DNA of 64,000 nt from Trichodelitschia bisporula. Its lineage: Eukaryota. The notes under the pieces are model-generated. The model did not search any database. It saw only the letters and a list, made by a program, of their open reading frames with translations, and was not told the origin of the DNA. The translations under genes and the position numbers were made by a program. Below are positions 62,010 through 64,000 of the stretch, in pieces. Numbering within the stretch: the stretch's first letter is position 1; every line of letters begins with the position of its first letter. Where the stretch lies: NCBI GenBank assembly GCA_010356995.1, contig ML996690.1, forward strand, positions 433,322 through 497,321, written 5' to 3'.

Positions 62010-64000
62010 ATGCCACCTGCAAAGCAGATCCGGACACGGGGCCACTTCTGTACCTCTTCCGGCCTTTCACGACCCTCCTCACCTGTTGCTGGCGAGACCA
62101 CCACACCTGCCCCCACGAGCAGTGTCGGCCAGACCTCATCTTTACCACTTGCCCCTCAGAGAGCCACTAACAGTGGGCCAGCCCGCCGACTTCGTCATGA
62201 AGACTATACAATAGGATGGATATGCGCTCTCCCGATGGAACTTGCGGCAGCTCAAGAGATGCTAGATGAGGAACATCAGAGTCTCCCTCAGAATGCGGCT
62301 GATTCCAACGTCTATGTGCTTGGCCGCATCGGTGGACACAATGTCGTGATTGCGTGCCTACCCGTAGGCCAAATGGGAACCAATGCGGCAGCCTCGGTTG
62401 CTACCCAGATGCAGTTGGCATTCAGCTCTGTCCGGCTCGGCCTGATAGTGGGCATCGGAGGTGGTGTGCCGAGTACAGCTGATGTACGGCTTGGGGATGT
62501 CGTCGTCAGTCAACCGTTCAAGGATCACGGCGGAGTAGTGCAGTACGACTTCGGCAAGACGACACCATACAAGTTTGAACGGACTGGATCCCTCAATTCT
62601 CCCCCGCAGGTCTTCCTGAAGGCGATAGCAAGCCTAGAGGCCAATAACCTCCGAGAGAGAGTCGGGTTCTTACACTCTCTTTCGAAGCTCGCCCAGTACC
62701 CAAGATTTGCACGGGACAAAGCCGGACCAGATGATTTATACCGCGTTACCTACAATCATGAGGGAGGACCTGACGACTGCCAGAAGTGCCGGAAAGAGTA
62801 CGTGGTACGGCGGCAGCCGCGCGGCGACGATGTTGTTGTCCATTACGGCACCATAGCCTCCGGGAACCAAGTCATGCGCGATGCCAAGGAACGAGACAAA
62901 GTCAGCAGGAAGCTTGGAGGCGTACTCTGTTTTGAGATGGAGGCGGCGGGGCTCATGAACAGTTTTCCGTGCCTTGTTGTGCGGGGAATCTGCGACTACT
63001 CTGACTCGCATAAGAACAAGAGCTGGCAGCCGTACGCGGCGGGGACGGCGGCAGCGTACGCTAAAGAGCTTCTATTGTTGGTTCCGCCGGCCAAAGTCGA
63101 AATGCCAGAGGATCCACCCGCGCCGGCAATGCTCCTAAATTTGCCCAGGGCTGCAGACACACCATCCAACCCATACGAGCGGAAAAAATCGCCTTGCTTG
63201 ACTGGTACCCGAGTTGAACTTCTCGAAAAGATATACGCCTGGGCTTACGGGGAGAATTCACCAAACATTTTCTGGTTGAGTGGTTTAGCTGGCACCGGCA
63301 AGTCCACCGTGGCTCAAACTTTGGCCACTGAATGTTTTGAGAAGGGAAGACTTGGAGCCAGCTTCTTCTTCTCGCGAAGTGGCGCAGATGTCCGACATGC
63401 CGGCAAGTTCGTGACAAGCATCGCAGCACAACTTGCGGACAATGTGCCCGGGGCAAAGCCGTCTCTCTGCAAGGCACTGAAGGAGCGGGATACCATCGCT
63501 GAAGAGCCTATCCGCAGTCAGTGGCATCATCTCATCCTCGGTCCCATGTCGAAGCTCGAAGGCGACACCTCCTCTGCTCGGTACATCCTGGTGGTCGATG
63601 CCCTGGACGAATGCGAGGGCGAGGACGACATAGGGGAAATTCTGAATCTCTTTCGGTCGCTGAAGAAAACCCGGCTCCGGCTGTTTTTAACGAGTAGACC
63701 TGATGTGCCAATCCGGTTTCCTTTATCCGAAATGCCAACAAGCGAGCACCTGGACTTTGTGCTCCACGACATTAAGAAGTCGACTGTTGACAATGATATC
63801 CGCTTCTTCCTACGGCACGAGCTCGAGCGTTTAGCCCGCAAACACTCTTTTGACAAAGATTGGCCAGGCGAGCAAGCCATCGACTCTCTTGTCCGGAACG
63901 CCAGTGGCCTGTTCATCTGGGCTGAAACCGCATGCCGCTTTGTTCAACAAGGAAGAATATTGGCTCCCAAGAAACTAGGCTTGATCCTCGATCAAAGCCA
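62010..64000 (+). CDS. Fungal NLR-like protein: PNP_UDP_1 (nucleoside phosphorylase) effector + NACHT; runs off the right edge
   Basis: Open frame from ATG 62010, absent from the ORF track because it has no stop in the window. DYTIGWICALPMELAAA, GRIGGHNVVIACLP, VGIGGGVP, DVRLGDVVVS, GTIASGNQV, CFEMEAAG, RGICDYSDSHKNK; then CLTGTR, Walker A WLSGLAGTGKST, ASFFFSR, Walker B VVDALDEC, LTSRP. Confidence 0.93.
   Translation, partial: MPPAKQIRTRGHFCTSSGLSRPSSPVAGETTTPAPTSSVGQTSSLPLAPQRATNSGPARRLRHEDYTIGWICALPMELAAAQEMLDEEHQSLPQNAADSNVYVLGRIGGHNVVIACLPVGQMGTNAAASVATQMQLAFSSVRLGLIVGIGGGVPSTADVRLGDVVVSQPFKDHGGVVQYDFGKTTPYKFERTGSLNSPPQVFLKAIASLEANNLRERVGFLHSLSKLAQYPRFARDKAGPDDLYRVTYNHEGGPDDCQKCRKEYVVRRQPRGDDVVVHYGTIASGNQVMRDAKERDKVSRKLGGVLCFEMEAAGLMNSFPCLVVRGICDYSDSHKNKSWQPYAAGTAAAYAKELLLLVPPAKVEMPEDPPAPAMLLNLPRAADTPSNPYERKKSPCLTGTRVELLEKIYAWAYGENSPNIFWLSGLAGTGKSTVAQTLATECFEKGRLGASFFFSRSGADVRHAGKFVTSIAAQLADNVPGAKPSLCKALKERDTIAEEPIRSQWHHLILGPMSKLEGDTSSARYILVVDALDECEGEDDIGEILNLFRSLKKTRLRLFLTSRPDVPIRFPLSEMPTSEHLDFVLHDIKKSTVDNDIRFFLRHELERLARKHSFDKDWPGEQAIDSLVRNASGLFIWAETACRFVQQGRILAPKKLGLILDQS

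Overview
Gene-dense, GC-rich DNA from a filamentous ascomycete (Pezizomycotina-type short GT-AG introns with CTRAC-like branch sites). Many raw ORFs are exon fragments or antisense shadows. The conserved genes are: a Swc3-like gene (partial), an ABHD12/Bem46-like hydrolase, an F-box protein, a long coiled-coil protein, a small Zn-finger protein, MEMO1, homoisocitrate dehydrogenase, a DUF1769 protein, ADC synthase, a Pro/Ser-rich protein, a divergent GT4 glycosyltransferase + UDP-glucose dehydrogenase pair, two SDRs, RPN2, CET1, COX10 and a PDR ABC transporter. There is also one intact dispersed 5S rRNA gene. Accessory or decayed patches lie between these genes: a pogo/Fot1 relic, a broken Spok-like (meiotic-drive toxin/antidote) gene, two copies of a solo-LTR-like repeat, a MITE-like inverted repeat beside TpA-rich DNA and an orphan gene, and an aquaglyceroporin pseudogene. 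At the right end, a truncated 5S copy is followed by a RIP-like pseudogene and a PNP_UDP-NACHT NLR that runs off the window. The best new hypotheses are: (1) the GT4+UGD pair with a CACGTGGG box is a phosphate-starvation glucuronosyl-lipid module; (2) the 190-aa Zn-finger protein is a SIVA1-like PCNA-binding protein with a canonical PIP box; (3) the truncated 5S marks the edge of a 5S-targeting large mobile element. All family assignments come from motif recognition by eye; no searches were run.
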